Part shown: positions 52,056 to 64,000 of the stretch, one piece after another
Layout of the letters: each line of letters opens with the position of its first letter
How positions within the stretch are numbered: the first letter of the stretch is position 1
Assembly (NCBI RefSeq): GCF_036321535.1
Contig: NC_087457.1
Span: 33,542,001 to 33,606,000 of the forward strand
Reading direction: 5' to 3'
Source: Camelus dromedarius
Taxonomy: Eukaryota
DNA: 64,000 nt
Program-made: the position numbers and the translations under genes
The notes under the pieces: generated by a model
Told to the model about the DNA's origin: nothing
Seen by the model: the letters and a program-made list of their open reading frames with translations, nothing else
The model's database searches: none

Positions 52056-52609
52056 TGACTGGAGAATTTGGTTCAGTTTTGAAGTAGAGTCATATAGGAG
52101 AAGATAGATCTCTTATAAATCAGTGATTCTCCTAAAAACAGTCCCGGAAAACACCTTAAGCCACATGAAGGCAGTGATGATTGACATTCTTGTATTGCCT
52201 TATAGTTCACAGGGCTGATGACATCTCCCTGTGTCTCTTCTATAACGTCTGGTGTCTTGCTCCTTCCTTAGACAAATCGGGGTCCATGTGTCATGTCGAT
52301 TTAGCAGAGGGTAATGGGCTACTGACCTTGGTGGTGGTGACAGTTGCTTCTCACACTGGCTGCGCTCAGTTACTTTGATTTATATATGTTATCGTATACC
52401 AGCCCATTTGGCAAAAGTTACTTGGTTGTAATAGTGCTTCCATTCTGATCTCCTGGGTTTTCTAAGGATACAGTCATACTGTGTACAAATAACTACTTTT
52501 TCTCTTACCAAATTTATTTAGGAATAAACACTCTTAGCTATAAAATTTCTGCATCATTACAGGTATTTCCACTGGAGCTGACACGGAAGCATCTGAGAGC
52601 AAAGTGTTA

Positions 52610-52745
52610 GCTGGGTCAGTTTCCTCATCTCTAAAACGGAAGGTTGAATCTGCCTTAAGATTTCTTTGAAGGATTAGATTTAATGCATTTAGAGGGCTTA
52701 GCTAAGTGCCTGGAACAGTAAGATAGAAACTCAAACATTAGTTTT
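52610..52745 (+). mobile_element. MIR
   Basis: cagtttcctcatctctaaaacgg...agctaagtgcctggaacagtaag. Confidence 0.7.
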
Positions 52746-55700
52746 CTTGATCCAGGTAGAATTCAAAAAATGCGACTCTATTTTATTGGGACAACACTTC
52801 GTATTTTGAATTTACTATTTTAAACTTGAATCATCCTTCTACAAAGTGCAGTGGGGTCGGAACATTTCTCCACTTTCCTCCCTATACAAATGAAATATGT
52901 ATTAATAGCTTACAGAATTATGTAATATATGGATAGCGTATGTACAGTACAACAGTTATATGAACGGGTATGTACGTAAGTATATAGACACGTAGGTATG
53001 TGGAAACGAAATAGAGATCAGTCAGCCTCATCTGTGAATAACCTGAAAAAACAAGTAGTTTAGACTTACTTATTCCAGACAAGAACAAATCTGCAGACTC
53101 TCCCTGTGACGGCCCCTGGATCAGGCAGGACCGCGTGAAGGCGCTGTGACGCTGCCCCTCCTGTGTTGGCTTACTGTGTCCCCGAGGAGGAGATGAACTG
53201 GTCATTTCAGTGTTGGAGCGCTAGAGTAGATGGATGCCCCGGGTGCTGTCCAAACCCAGAGGACCGCTTCCAGCAGTGACCCTCCAGCCTGGGCGGGCAG
53301 GACTCTGCATGGGGCTGTCCGCTACGCGAGTTGGCAGCCAGCCCTTGGGTGTGCACCTTGGTTCTCTGGTCTCTCTGGGAGCCCTGAAGTGCTGGTCCAG
53401 GTACCTGTGCACGAGGGGGCTTGGTGCACAGAGGATTCAGACAGCCGAGGGCTGCCTGCACGTTTCTAAAATCGCAGCCAGCAGAAAGGAATGATTTCAC
53501 TGTCGTTGACTTGGGAGCACGGCGCCTGCCACCAGCCTTCCTGCCACGCCTCAGACCTCACGCATCCTTCCTGCGTGACTGTCTCTAGGAGCTCTGTGCT
53601 GGGAAGAGTTTGGTGTTTTTAGCTTGCATCCTCTTTATTTTCTGCCTTCTGTTTAGTGAGAATATGGCAATTTCCCCACTCAGGCACCTCTTTCTTAGCT
53701 TTTGCTTAAAGGCCTGTGCACCTAACTGGCAACAGCCACCTCTACACCATTATCCACCTTTCGTCCTGCTCCTCAGCAGAGCTGCTGTGGACAGGACGAG
53801 CTGGTGCCCAGGGCTAAGCAGGTGACGGGAAGACAGACTTCTGATGGCCATCAGTCCCTTCAGTGCAGCTGGGCCCGAGAAGGTCGCATGTGAACTGAAA
53901 AGCACTGTTTCCCCCTAAGTAGTAGCAACAGCACTTATTAAGAACTTACTATTTTTTGTAAAACCAAGACAGTCACCATGTAAATAGATGGACTCAGTCA
54001 AGTAGTAGAAAATAGTTCAAAATGCCTCGCTTTGGGTTTCACAGAAGTTGTGGCATTCAGGGTCATGGTGAAGGTGAGTTTGGAGGAAGTGAGTCCGTGA
54101 GTGGCATGGGCTGGAGGTCAGTTGATGGGGAAACACCAAATGGAATATTCTGGAAAAAATGAAAGTCCCAAAAGCTGGAGTCAGGGGTAGTAGACAAGGT
54201 GCCCGTTGTCTGCGCTGCTGAGGTGTTGATGGAATCCGCCCAGCTCTTGCAGGAGCAGTTGGGGGAAAAGAGGAAACTGGTATTTTTGTTTTATTTTTTT
54301 AAAAAGCAGAGGTTCTTCTTTTCAAGCTTGTTTGCCTTGCTCTCACGTTGTAGCTTTCTAAGCTCTCTGTCGGCTGCTTCCAGCTTCTATGCCCAGGCTC
54401 TTTGATTCACAAACCCAGCCTGGCAGAGGTAGATCCTGAGACTGTAAACCTTGTGTGAACTCGTTTTTGTAAACCTTGATTACCCACCAAAGGTCCATGT
54501 CTCAGCTCAAAGGAAACGCTTTTAAAATGACTCCCAGCTTTGTGGGAAGCAAGTAGTTCCTTACTCCTTAGCAGCTGGTGATTGAAGGCACGGCTGGGTT
54601 CACTTTGTGAGGGTGGGGGGGACACGAGGAGGGGCTGGGACGGGCAGGGGCGGCCGGAGGGAGGGCTCGCAGCAGAGGAGTAACATCACGGGAGCAGCCC
54701 AGGCACGGGAGAGCCGTCCGGAGCAGGGAGGCTCCTCGGGTTTCACCCTGTCGCTGGGTGTACCACCTGGCTGAGGAGGTCCACAGACACGAGGTCCCAC
54801 GTGTGGTTTTGGCTCGCCGCCCCTGGAATACCCTGGTTCTGTTTGTTTTTATTTTTCCTTTCTTCCCGGGATGACACATGGACCTGATCCGCACTTCCAG
54901 ACTCCCCTCTGGGTAGACCTCTTGTGGCTGATTGTTCGGGAAGATACAGGCAGAACAGAAGGACCACGGCTTTCGATCTTTGTCCACTGCTCACACTTCA
55001 GTCCGCCTTGCCCTGGCCACGGGCTGCTGTGTGCACAGATGACTAAACTGAGGGGTTTCTTCTTAAAAATGGAGCAAGAGCCTCAGGCTTTAAATTCTTC
55101 GTGTTGCAGCTTCAGAGAAGCTGCGCATCAGCACAGCTGCGCCTTCCTATTTTTCCCTGACTTGAGTCGTTTGTGTCAAGATTTGATTGTCGTCGTTCAA
55201 GTGGGAAAAGTGACCGCGCCGGTTAAGTTCGTGGTAAGTATCTGTGAGGACTGCGTCTCACTTACTTGCCGAAGGCCTGTTTCTTTTCTGGGGTGGGAAG
55301 GGTCCAGTGGGGCAGAAAACGGAGGGAAATGAAATGAAAGTCAACTTCCGTCATTGATCTTAATACTTGCAGATCAAATACAGCTCGGAGGGCTCAGTGA
55401 CTGTAAATTTGCCTTTGCCTGTTGCTCACTCTGGGTAACGTAAGGGAGAATATTCCTGCACAGAGAAGCTGGGATTCGGATAAAGGAGGAAGGAATGCGC
55501 TCCAAATACCAGCTAGAGCAGGTTTTTAAGAACACGCATTTGAAAGTGAAAAGGTGTTTGGCAGAGATCTAACCAACACACAGCAGGGAGACCTCTCTTC
55601 CTAGGGAGCGGACTGACCTTTCTTGGGCTGGATCACTTGCTAGTGTTTTATTTACGTCTTAATCTCACCTCTGCCTCCCCAGGTTCCCATTTCCCATGTG

Positions 55701-55879
55701 ACATTTTAATGCCTGCATCTTAAAGCATGAGTCCTTTAACAGGTGTCCCTCGAGCTCCTAGCTCCTGTGTGCACGTGCTGGGTGTCGCTCAGCCTCGATG
55801 GGAACTCAGGCGTTCTTATTTTCACACGCCTCGTGCGGTGAATAACTGAGTGAATGAATGAGCAGACAGACAACTGCCA

Positions 55880-56328
55880 AGCGTTTACTGCACAGGGCTG
55901 CCGTCACAAGGACAGACGAGCTGGCATATGATGGGAGAAATGGATTCCCTGCCTGGAGGCCAGGAGTCCAAGGCCATGGTGTCCGCTGGGCTCCCTCCCT
56001 CCCTGATGGGTAAAGGAGGGGCTTCCCTTGCCTGGTCCCAGTTTCCAGCAGTAGCTGGCCAGCTCCGTGTCCCTCGGCTCACGGACTCCTCGCTCCGGTC
56101 GCTGCCTCCGTCTCCACGTGGCTTCCTCGCTCTGTGTGTGCCTCTCTGTCCTTGTTCTCTTCTCCTAAGGAAACCAGTTACCAGGCTAAGGCCCGCCCTG
56201 ATCCAGCATGACCTGATTTTAACGCCGTCTGCAACGACCCACTTTCCATATTAAGGTCATGTGTGAAGGGCTCTGGTTTGGATTTCAACTTAACCTTTTT
56301 TGAGCAGGGAGACAGATTTCAACCTGCC
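55880..56328 (-). mobile_element. MLT1C/D-like solo LTR
   Basis: cagggctgccgtcacaa...ctggaggccaggagtccaagg...ctaaggaaaccagtta...aggcccgccctgatccagcatgacctgattttaac...gatttcaacc. Confidence 0.85.
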
Positions 56329-56962
56329 ATGTGCAATAAATGCACATGCATACATACATAAATTTAAAAAACTCCTTATAAGAAATAGAATGAAGGGAGT
56401 GAACACAGTGCTGGGGGAGAGAGGAGTGCTTGAGGGACACCACGTCACCGCGGGTTAGAAGGGTGGTGGCACGTGGACCAGAGGCTCAGGACACGTGGGA
56501 GTTCGTCCTCAGCGCAGGACTGGTGTCGCTCAGTCTCGATGGGAACTCGGGGCCGTGCAGCTGGCACGCGGTACCTGTGCTTTCTAATACTGCCTGCTTT
56601 CGGCTCCAGTTATTAAAGGGGATTCTCTTACGCTTGTCAAATTTTTATGACATCTGGTAAGGATTTTTGAGTATCAATTCTCTTATTAATTCTTTTATTA
56701 AAATTCCCAGGGAATTTTCATGGCCTTTTGGGTCACTCTACATGTAACAGAAACGTGGAGACCAGTGCCTCCTGTTGTCGGCGTGTTTTTGAAGCAGGAA
56801 TGAGAGCAAAGCAGGTCCATTTGTCCACGGCCCCCAGTGATTTTTCTGTCACTGTCAGTGATTTCTTTCCCATTTTATTTCTTTTTTTCTCTCCAGCACC
56901 TTCATCCTTTATTTTCTCCATTTTTTTTCTTGTCACTCCATCTGAATCACATGTATTCTTAC

Positions 56963-57085
56963 CTTTGTTTTTTTCTTCCACTTTGCATCTAACAATGAGA
57001 ATCTTGAGCTTTTCCTTCCATACCTCAGGTAGCATTGCGACCTCCTCTGTCTTTCCTAAATTCATTCTGTTTCATCGGCTGGTTT
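56963..57085 (-). other. Candidate 123-nt exon (minus strand) containing an ATG frame
   Basis: Minus strand: ctctttttataatttcaaag | AAACCAGCC...AAAAACAAAG | gtaaga; internal ATG frame MNLGKTEEVAMLPEVWKEKLKILIVRCKVEEKNK ends in phase 1; protein not recognised. Confidence 0.3.
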
Positions 57086-59264
57086 CTTTGAAATTATAAA
57101 AAGAGCCTTTCACAATAGAGAATAGGTGATCAACAGGACAGTGTAGCCAGCTGCTTTTGCACATTTTACTCAGCTGATTGGGATTCAGCAAGTGTACTTT
57201 TTTTTATCGAGTAAGAATAGTGATGAAGATTCTAAGTAATGAAATGTGGATAAACTAAACTTTCTTTTAAAATCTGTATTTGAATGTTATCTGTGAAATT
57301 TCATGGACTTGCAGTATTTTTAAACCATAGCCCAGATCAATCTCTAAAGATGTTTGATAGACAGGAATTATGCATTTTGATAAAATTTTGGATAGGACTG
57401 TCTTCAGGTGGACGTAGCAGATATGTGCTGTAGTTTTAGGGGCGCTGGTGGGTGGATATTAAAATGTAAGAGCTGTTCGTATTTCCGTTTTATAAGATTT
57501 ATGTATTTCCAAATACAAGAGCTATTCACATTCATATTTCCATTTTAAATTTCATTGGACCGTTTATCACAGGCATGACTAATTTCTAACCTACACACAT
57601 GTCTGTGTATCTGAAAGTTTTTGGAAGAGAAGAAATGATATTTTTCCCTTTTGTTAAATTTGCATTGAACTGTGTACTTGGTTGGGAAGTTAAAGTTGAT
57701 TCCTAAACTTTATGTTGCCGATGAGAACGTTGGATTTAGAAACAAGTCTGATTTCTCCTTGAGGATTTCACTTCTCCAACTTCGTGTACTGTCTCTGCCT
57801 TTTCATTTTCCTGGAACTCCATCTAGAACCTTGACCGGACTGAACAGGGCCGGGGGTGCTGCACACACACCCTCCCCGGAGGCTCTGACAGCTTCGCTTT
57901 TATCTGTTCACACCAAGGGCATGGATATACTTACTTGACAGGGAGGAGTAGAATCAAGTTGACCTTTTTTTTTAAACAAAATAATTATTAAAAATCAGAT
58001 CAGTTGGGAATTTGCATATCTTGGTCATTGTCCTTTTATATGAAATGAGACATGGCAGGAATATAATATAAATATTTATTATGTATCTAAAATGTAAGAT
58101 TTGCACTATTCTGAGATGTTTGTGAACCCATGTGAGCTCAGTAAACACCATCTTTGTGACTGAGTGAATTCTCTTATGTTTTTAAAAAGAAGAAGAAAAA
58201 AAAGAAAAAGTTAATCACTGACTCGGGAAGGTGTCCGCACCAGGTAATAACACACTTGCAGGCTAGTAACTGCCCTTTGGGTGCGTAGTTAGAGGTGAAC
58301 ACACACACACACTTTAGGATTTCTATGTTAACTAGTAAAGCCATTTTAAATTCTTCATTATATCTTCAAATGTAGGTATGCAACTATTACTGCCTTGAGA
58401 CAAGAAATATAATTACCTTTAGAAAATACCTACATGCTTCTTATGGTACCAGAGTGGCTTCTTTCTTACTAAGACGGTTCGGTGTGTCTCCGTGAGCAGA
58501 TGTATTAACCACAGAACTGAAATATCTCGTATTGATCTCTTTTCCTCTCGGCCTTTATTCCGGCACAACTTTGATCTTCAGGTTGGAGTCGTGTGTTGAG
58601 CTTAACTAGACTAAAATCAATTTTTAATAAGAATCCTCACTGCCTGTGACAGTCTCTTCTATCTAATTGATAGCAGACGCCCATGTTAAATGAAAAATGT
58701 ATTTTTCAAGCATGTTCTCAGTAACAAAGCATGAATCAGTGGTGAGAATTGGACCAAATCACTCTGTGCTCTGAATAAGGATCAAGAACTCTATGGAGAA
58801 AGAGTTTGAGATTCTAGAGACGTACCTGAGCCCACATGTGTCTGGGCAGTGATCCTGGGTCTCTGGATGGGGTCTTGTTCTCAAAAATTGTGTGACCTTT
58901 GTCTTTTTTTTTTTTTGGATTAAAAATAATTCCAAAGCCAAATCTGTATTTGGTAGATGTAATTAAAGAAAATAATTAATGCTTTTATTAAAAATGGTTA
59001 CTTTTTTCTAAAAAGACCATGGAAGCAAATTTTGTGAGAAATTACTGTAAGATGATCAAGATTACAATGGTTAGATTTGGTTAAAAAAAGACATATTACA
59101 ATACATAAATGAATCAAGCCAACAGGTTGTACACCTCAACTTACACCATGTTATGTGTCAGTCTAAAAAGATATCAACTTGATGTATCCTGAGGCAACTG
59201 AGCATATTTTTACTGATGGTGTCAAATAAAACTCGTACAAAGCTTTGCATACTTTTGTCTTCTC

Positions 59265-59525
59265 CAGAATGCCACGTGGTTGGAAACATGTATGCTGGCT
59301 TCTTTCACTTAAAAAATGCGTTTAAGGTTTCTCCATGTCTTGGCTTGAGAGCTCATTTTTTGTTTCGGCTGAAATTGTAATCTACTGCATGATGTTTAAA
59401 TCTCAATGGTTTATTCCTCCATCCACCTATGAAAGAACATCTTGGTTGCATCCAAGTTTTGGCAACTATAAATAAAGCTGCTGTAAGTATTTGGTGTAGG
59501 TTTTGTATGAACATGCTTTTAACTG
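59265..59525 (-). mobile_element. L1M fragment, antisense
   Basis: ctggcttctttcactta...catccacctatgaaagaacatcttggttgcatccaagttttggcaactataaataaagctgctg. Confidence 0.75.
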
Positions 59526-59539
59526 ACGTGGGTCATGTA

Positions 59540-59630
59540 CCTTGGGGCCCCTAAGAAACCCCTGATTCAGAACCCGGGGGTTGGTCCCGGGAATATAGAT
59601 TTACAGTAAGTGATCCAGGTGGTACCAGTA
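59540..59630. mobile_element. MER5-like hAT-Charlie MITE fragment
   Basis: ctgattcagaacccgggggttggtcccgggaatatagatttacagtaagtgatccaggtggt resembles MER5A. Confidence 0.45.
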
Positions 59631-61076
59631 AGGGGTGAGCAAACCCAGAAGTTTCAATCAGCCTTAAGAAACACTGCTTCATAGTATTAATATTATTAAA
59701 TGTTGTTGGGCCCTTTTCTTCAACACATAACAGTATATTGAAATCTCAACAAAAAAAAAAAGAAAAAGAGTTGACTCAAGTCAGGTTGTCCCAAGAAGCA
59801 GACGGCCGCCTGTGGTCCAGGGAGACGTGCGTCCCTGCAGAGCTCTTGGGTTTGCGGTGCACAGGGAACCCTCGGTCTGCCGGGTCTGGGGGCTGCTGCT
59901 TGGAGCATCAGGCAAAGTGGAGGAGATGAGGGTTCAGCCAAGCCGAGTGCCTGAGTGTCTCATAAATCTACCCGGGGCCCCTGCTTCCTTATCAGAGTAA
60001 AGGTTATGCTCGCAATATCCTTGAGATAAAGATGTCAGAGTGCTTTACAAACTTCAGTTAAGACGAGACTATTCTAGTGAGGAATGTAATTTTCTCCGGG
60101 AGCAGGTAAACCAGTCTCTCCGAGGGGCAGAAGCACAGAGGTTGAGTGATGTGTGCGAATTCCTTCAGGAGGTCAGGGTGCAGCCACGACAGACTGTCAG
60201 CCTTGCTTTTTCTTCTAACAGTCATTTCCTTCTTGCATTTTTTTATGAGCTAACATACACAGTCACAGTATCAGACAAACAGTAGAAAATACAGATTCAC
60301 TGTGAAATGGCACACATCACGGCGCCTTTTACATACTCAGCGCTCAGCAACCCTGCTCTCTGAGGCTGAAGTGAGGGAACCCTCCTCCAGGCAGGACAGG
60401 ACTTATGCAGTGTCACCTTTATCCATTTTTTCAGTTTATTTTATTCTACTCACTCTTTAAAAAAGATCCTTGGGATAAATCACTCGTCTTTTGTGCTTAT
60501 TTTATTGTTAATATTTGTGAGACGCTGTCACTGTGACTAGCTGAAGTTCTCTGACATTTCTGAAACGAGAAGTACCATATTGTCACCATAGGTCTCTGCT
60601 TTTCAATCTTGTAAGATTAAGAGCAAAATAAGCCTTATCGTACACTAAAATTCTAAATGCATTTTTAAATTTTCCTTGTTAATATTGCATGTCACTGCCA
60701 TCTCCCAAAGAAAGCATTTTACATAATGTAAGGTGCGAGATCGCTCTAGAAGATGAGAGTGTTCTCTCCCTGGCGTGGTGACACAGCTGCTGTCTCGGGG
60801 CGGCTGTGCCCCTGAGTCTGCCTTGTCCTCTGGTGCTCCGGACGGCACCTTGGACAGAGCATCTCCCCCGTCTCAGGAGCCTCTGTATCATGTGAACAAC
60901 ACTGCCAGCTTCATGAGGTGGTGAGGCTTCAGTGCAGTGAAGTGTTTACATGAAGATTCTAAATGAGTGTGTGATGCTTTGAATACAGGCAAAAAAAATT
61001 CTTTTAGTCTGAAATAAGTTGCTTCTTCTTGACAGAAGATAGGTAAACACGTTTATACTAAAAAAGAGAGACTTTG

Positions 61077-61210
61077 GTGGGGAGGGTGTAGCTCAGTGAT
61101 AAAGTGCATGCTTAGCATGCACGAGGTCCTGGGCTCAATCCCCAGTGCCTCCTTTAAAAAATAAACAAATAAACCTAATTACCTCCACACCCCCACACCC
61201 CCCAAAAAAG
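61077..61210 (+). mobile_element. Camelid tRNA-derived SINE, full length
   Basis: gggagggtgtagctcagtgataaagtgcatgcttagcatgcacgaggtcctgggctcaatccccagtgcctcc + aaataaacaaataaacctaattacctcc; degenerate TSD aaaaagag..cttt. Confidence 0.92.
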
Positions 61211-62739
61211 AGGCTTTTACCAACTAGTAGTTGATAGCTGCCGCATTGGAGTTTGGAAAATCATGTTTAAAGCAGCTGGTCAGACTTCTTAGGAAAAAAA
61301 ATATTCTTGGTGCTACGGAAATGAAATGTGCGGTAGAGTCAGGAAAGAAGTGAAGGCGTGTGTGAGGGCTTGAGGACTCCATGAAGGCGTTTATTTTGAT
61401 TTTAGGAAAACTTCTAAATACATTTTTTTTTTTTAATGGTTTCACTATCTAGTTACTAAAGGGAGGGTTACAAACGTAGGTAGGAAAGTTGAGTTGTTCA
61501 TTGGTAGTAAATGCCTCATCCAAGTTTACCAAAAAGAAAGCATGCAGAAGCCAACAGGCATAGCCTTGACTTCCTTGTGAGACAGCGCGTTGGTCCTGAC
61601 GACCTGTAATTCCGAGAGCGTCCTCGCAGAACTCCAGAGTCACTTCCAGGCTGCAGCTTCATTCTTTCTGCAAAGTCCCCAGGGGTCACAGAATTCTGTA
61701 ATTTCCATAGGACACAAAAATATTGTTTTACTGTACTGTTTATTTCTTTAAGCTTCTCAGAATGAGGTAACATTGAGTGTCGGCCCTGTTCCACGTGCCT
61801 CGACGCACACTAACTTTTCTAAGCATCACAGCGATGTTGTAGGATAGATATCATTGTCCCTGTTTGGGTGCTGAATGACGATGATGAAAGGTAGTGATCA
61901 CTTAATGTCCAAGAGTTCCTAATTTCCGGAAGCTAAATTCGATTCTCGTGTGCCCTGACTTTCAAGTCCAGCCGTGTTTCAAGACCTCATAAGACATCGA
62001 AGTGTACAGACTATGTTGACATTATTTTCCAAAGAATCTTTAAATTTTCCAACATCATTAACTTCTGCTACATATGTCACGCCTCTCTGGTAGCCACAGA
62101 AGAGGAGGCGGCGCGTTTTGCAGGGGAGCCCGCTCTCCAAGCAGCGCCTCCGCCTGCCTGGTGGCCGCACAAAATCAACTTCCTTACAGAGTTAAACAGT
62201 TCACTCTTTGGTAGCACATTATTCTCGGCCAATTATATTTTTCTGCCTCATTGATAAAGCTCTTTCTGTCATTAATTCTGGTAAATAAAACAGAAGGCAG
62301 TCCATTGAATTTTTTTCTTTGATTCATGCATAGGCTGTTTTAGATACTTTGAAGGAAAAACAAATGCAGAAGTAGTGATTCGGTTTCTCATCGAGAGGAG
62401 TTTGTAACTTACTGACTTCGAGCATATTATTTACCAGTACAGTGTATTTCAGTGTTTTGTGCTTGTGGTTCAAATCTTAGTATTTCTCTCGCAGCTGAGA
62501 AGACGTAAAAGTAAATTCTGTCAGGAGGAAGCCACTCATGTTGACTTGAGTTGCTTTTTTAACTTGAGGAGAAAATAAGGAAGTAAGCATCTCTAATGAA
62601 ACTGGTCAGTATCAAAGTTCTGTGAGACAGCCAGTGAGTGGAAACACAGGAAATGAGAAGGAAGGAGGGCAGTCTTCCGTCAGAGCGGCTGTACTGTAGG
62701 CACTAAGCTTGTGAATGTAACCACTTGTGAGTAGGTGTC

Positions 62740-62900
62740 ACGGCCGGCGTTGGAGGGGGCTCTGTGCGGTTTCTTCTATCTGGGCACTAGTCCCGCTCCC
62801 CAGGGCCCCGCTCTCGTGACCTGGTCGCTCCCCAGGGCCCCGCCTTCTAATGCCGTCCCGTGGGGATTAAGTTTCAACATGGTTTTGGAGAGACACAGGC
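62740..62900 (-). mobile_element. MaLR LTR fragment (MLT1/MST-like)
   Basis: ggccccgccttctaatgccgtcccgtggggattaagtttcaacatggttttggag; contains an 18-bp direct repeat (62794-62811, 62826-62843). Confidence 0.5.
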
Positions 62901-63289
62901 AGTTCAGTCACAGCACACACGTTTTACGTGTGTTTGGCTGGAAGAGCTTTAACACAGCCGGCTCACCAAGTAGGTAGACACCGTAAAGCTGCTCACAGAG
63001 AGCAGAACTCTCCTAAGAGTTTTGGACCAGGATGTGTTGAGGTAAACATGTGGTTCGGTGAAGGTCGTTTCATTATACCCTTTGGACACACACGTCTGTC
63101 TCTCCTTGTACCCAGGAAGCTGTTTCCTGCCCCTCCCGCAGTCTCTTTCTGAGCCCAAAATCACTTTAAATAGGAAATTTACATTTTGCAATTTACAGCA
63201 TGGTGCCGTTTGAAATGTTTGTGTCACACGGAAATTTCAGGTCATTCACATAATGTTATATTTGAAATGTAGTTGTTAATAATATTTGA

Positions 63290-63640
63290 TACTATATAAT
63301 ATCACTTATGTGGAATCTAAGAAAATGACACAAATGAACTTTATTTACAAAACAGAAACAGACTCACAGACATAGAAAACAAACTTATGGTTAATGGGGG
63401 GGAGGGATAAATTGGGAGTTTGGGATTAAAAGATACAAACCACTATATGAAAAATAGATAAACAACAAGGTCCTTCTGTACAGCACAGGGAACTATCCTC
63501 AACATCCTGTAATAACCTGTAGTGGAAGAGAATCTGAAAAAGTATGTGTGTGTGTGTGTGTGTGTGTAATACTGAATCACTGTGCTCTACACCAGAAACT
63601 AACATAACATTGTAAACCAACTGTACTTCAATAAAAAATA
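63290..63640 (+). mobile_element. Artiodactyl/camelid L1 3' end with internal (TG)n
   Basis: atatcacttatgtggaatctaag...acaaaacagaaacagactcacagacatagaaaacaaacttatgg...gtacagcacagggaact...cttcaataaaaaa; possible TSD aatatttga/aatacttga. Confidence 0.92.
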
Positions 63641-63659
63641 AATACTTGAAAAATAGTGT

Positions 63660-64000
63660 CTGTTAGAGCCACAGCTTGATGGTAGAGTGGTAGAGACAGA
63701 TTTTATTCAGGAATGGTTGCAGTGGGGGAGAGAGAGCTCAGCATTGAACAGGGCCCACGCAGAGCGCAGTGTGGACAAGCGGGGGTTTGCAGCCAGGGTG
63801 TAGGTGGGGTGTAGTGGCTGCAGGATCACTGGGAGGGGACGTCACGGGAAGCAGTGGTCCTGCTAATCCCACTCGATAGGGTTCTTGCTGATTGTTGCAG
63901 GACAGGAGGTCAGATACCAAGGGTAGGGGTTCTTCCTAAATGTACTTAATGAGATTCTTGCAAACTGGGGAGGTGCTGACCTGGCCAGGAGGGACACCAG
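63660..64000. mobile_element. ERV1-class LTR (MER-type), runs off window end
   Basis: Starts tg; cagattttattcaggaatggttgcagtgggggagagagagctcagcattgaac...gggttcttgctga...agattcttgcaaactgg resembles recalled ERV1 LTR text; subfamily not resolved. Confidence 0.6.

Noticed and set aside
1-64000. CRISPR array, operon or prokaryotic defence system
   Set aside because: The DNA is mammalian; no regularly spaced repeat-spacer array and no gene-dense coding region.
1-64000. Assignment to a named gene locus
   Set aside because: Several genes with small 5' UTR exons were considered from memory, but none matched at sequence level, so no symbol is given. BLASTN of 35535-35682 or 16200-16345 to human would settle it.

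Overview
Mammalian nuclear DNA, almost certainly camelid (alpaca/camel), judged from three copies of the camelid-type tRNA-derived SINE and artiodactyl-type L1 3' ends. The window is non-coding (intergenic or large-intron). I could not recognise any protein-coding exon, tRNA, rRNA, snRNA or miRNA gene, and I could not identify the locus. The supplied ORFs read as chance frames, repeat-derived frames or frames run through a 175-N assembly gap. Much of the sequence is interspersed repeat (L1, L2, MIR, MaLR/MLT1 LTRs, hAT-Charlie, an ERV1-type LTR). Family calls come from recalled consensus sequences, and boundaries of old elements are approximate. Two CpG islands (~34.9-36.3 kb and ~44.9-45.7 kb) are the main landmarks. 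Best observations: (1) the second island is built on an old MLT1 LTR rewritten by A/T-to-G/C substitutions, visible by alignment to an ordinary MLT1 copy at 29.6 kb, and the first island may hold a similarly converted L2 tail; (2) a motif-dense AT-rich core with a TATA box sits inside the first island, with outward-facing splice donors suggesting a bidirectional promoter; (3) a 203-bp, 202/203-identical direct duplication of sequence I cannot assign to a repeat family; (4) a chain of small minus-strand exon-like units; (5) a twin-primed L1 inversion. I found no evidence of a novel multi-gene system.
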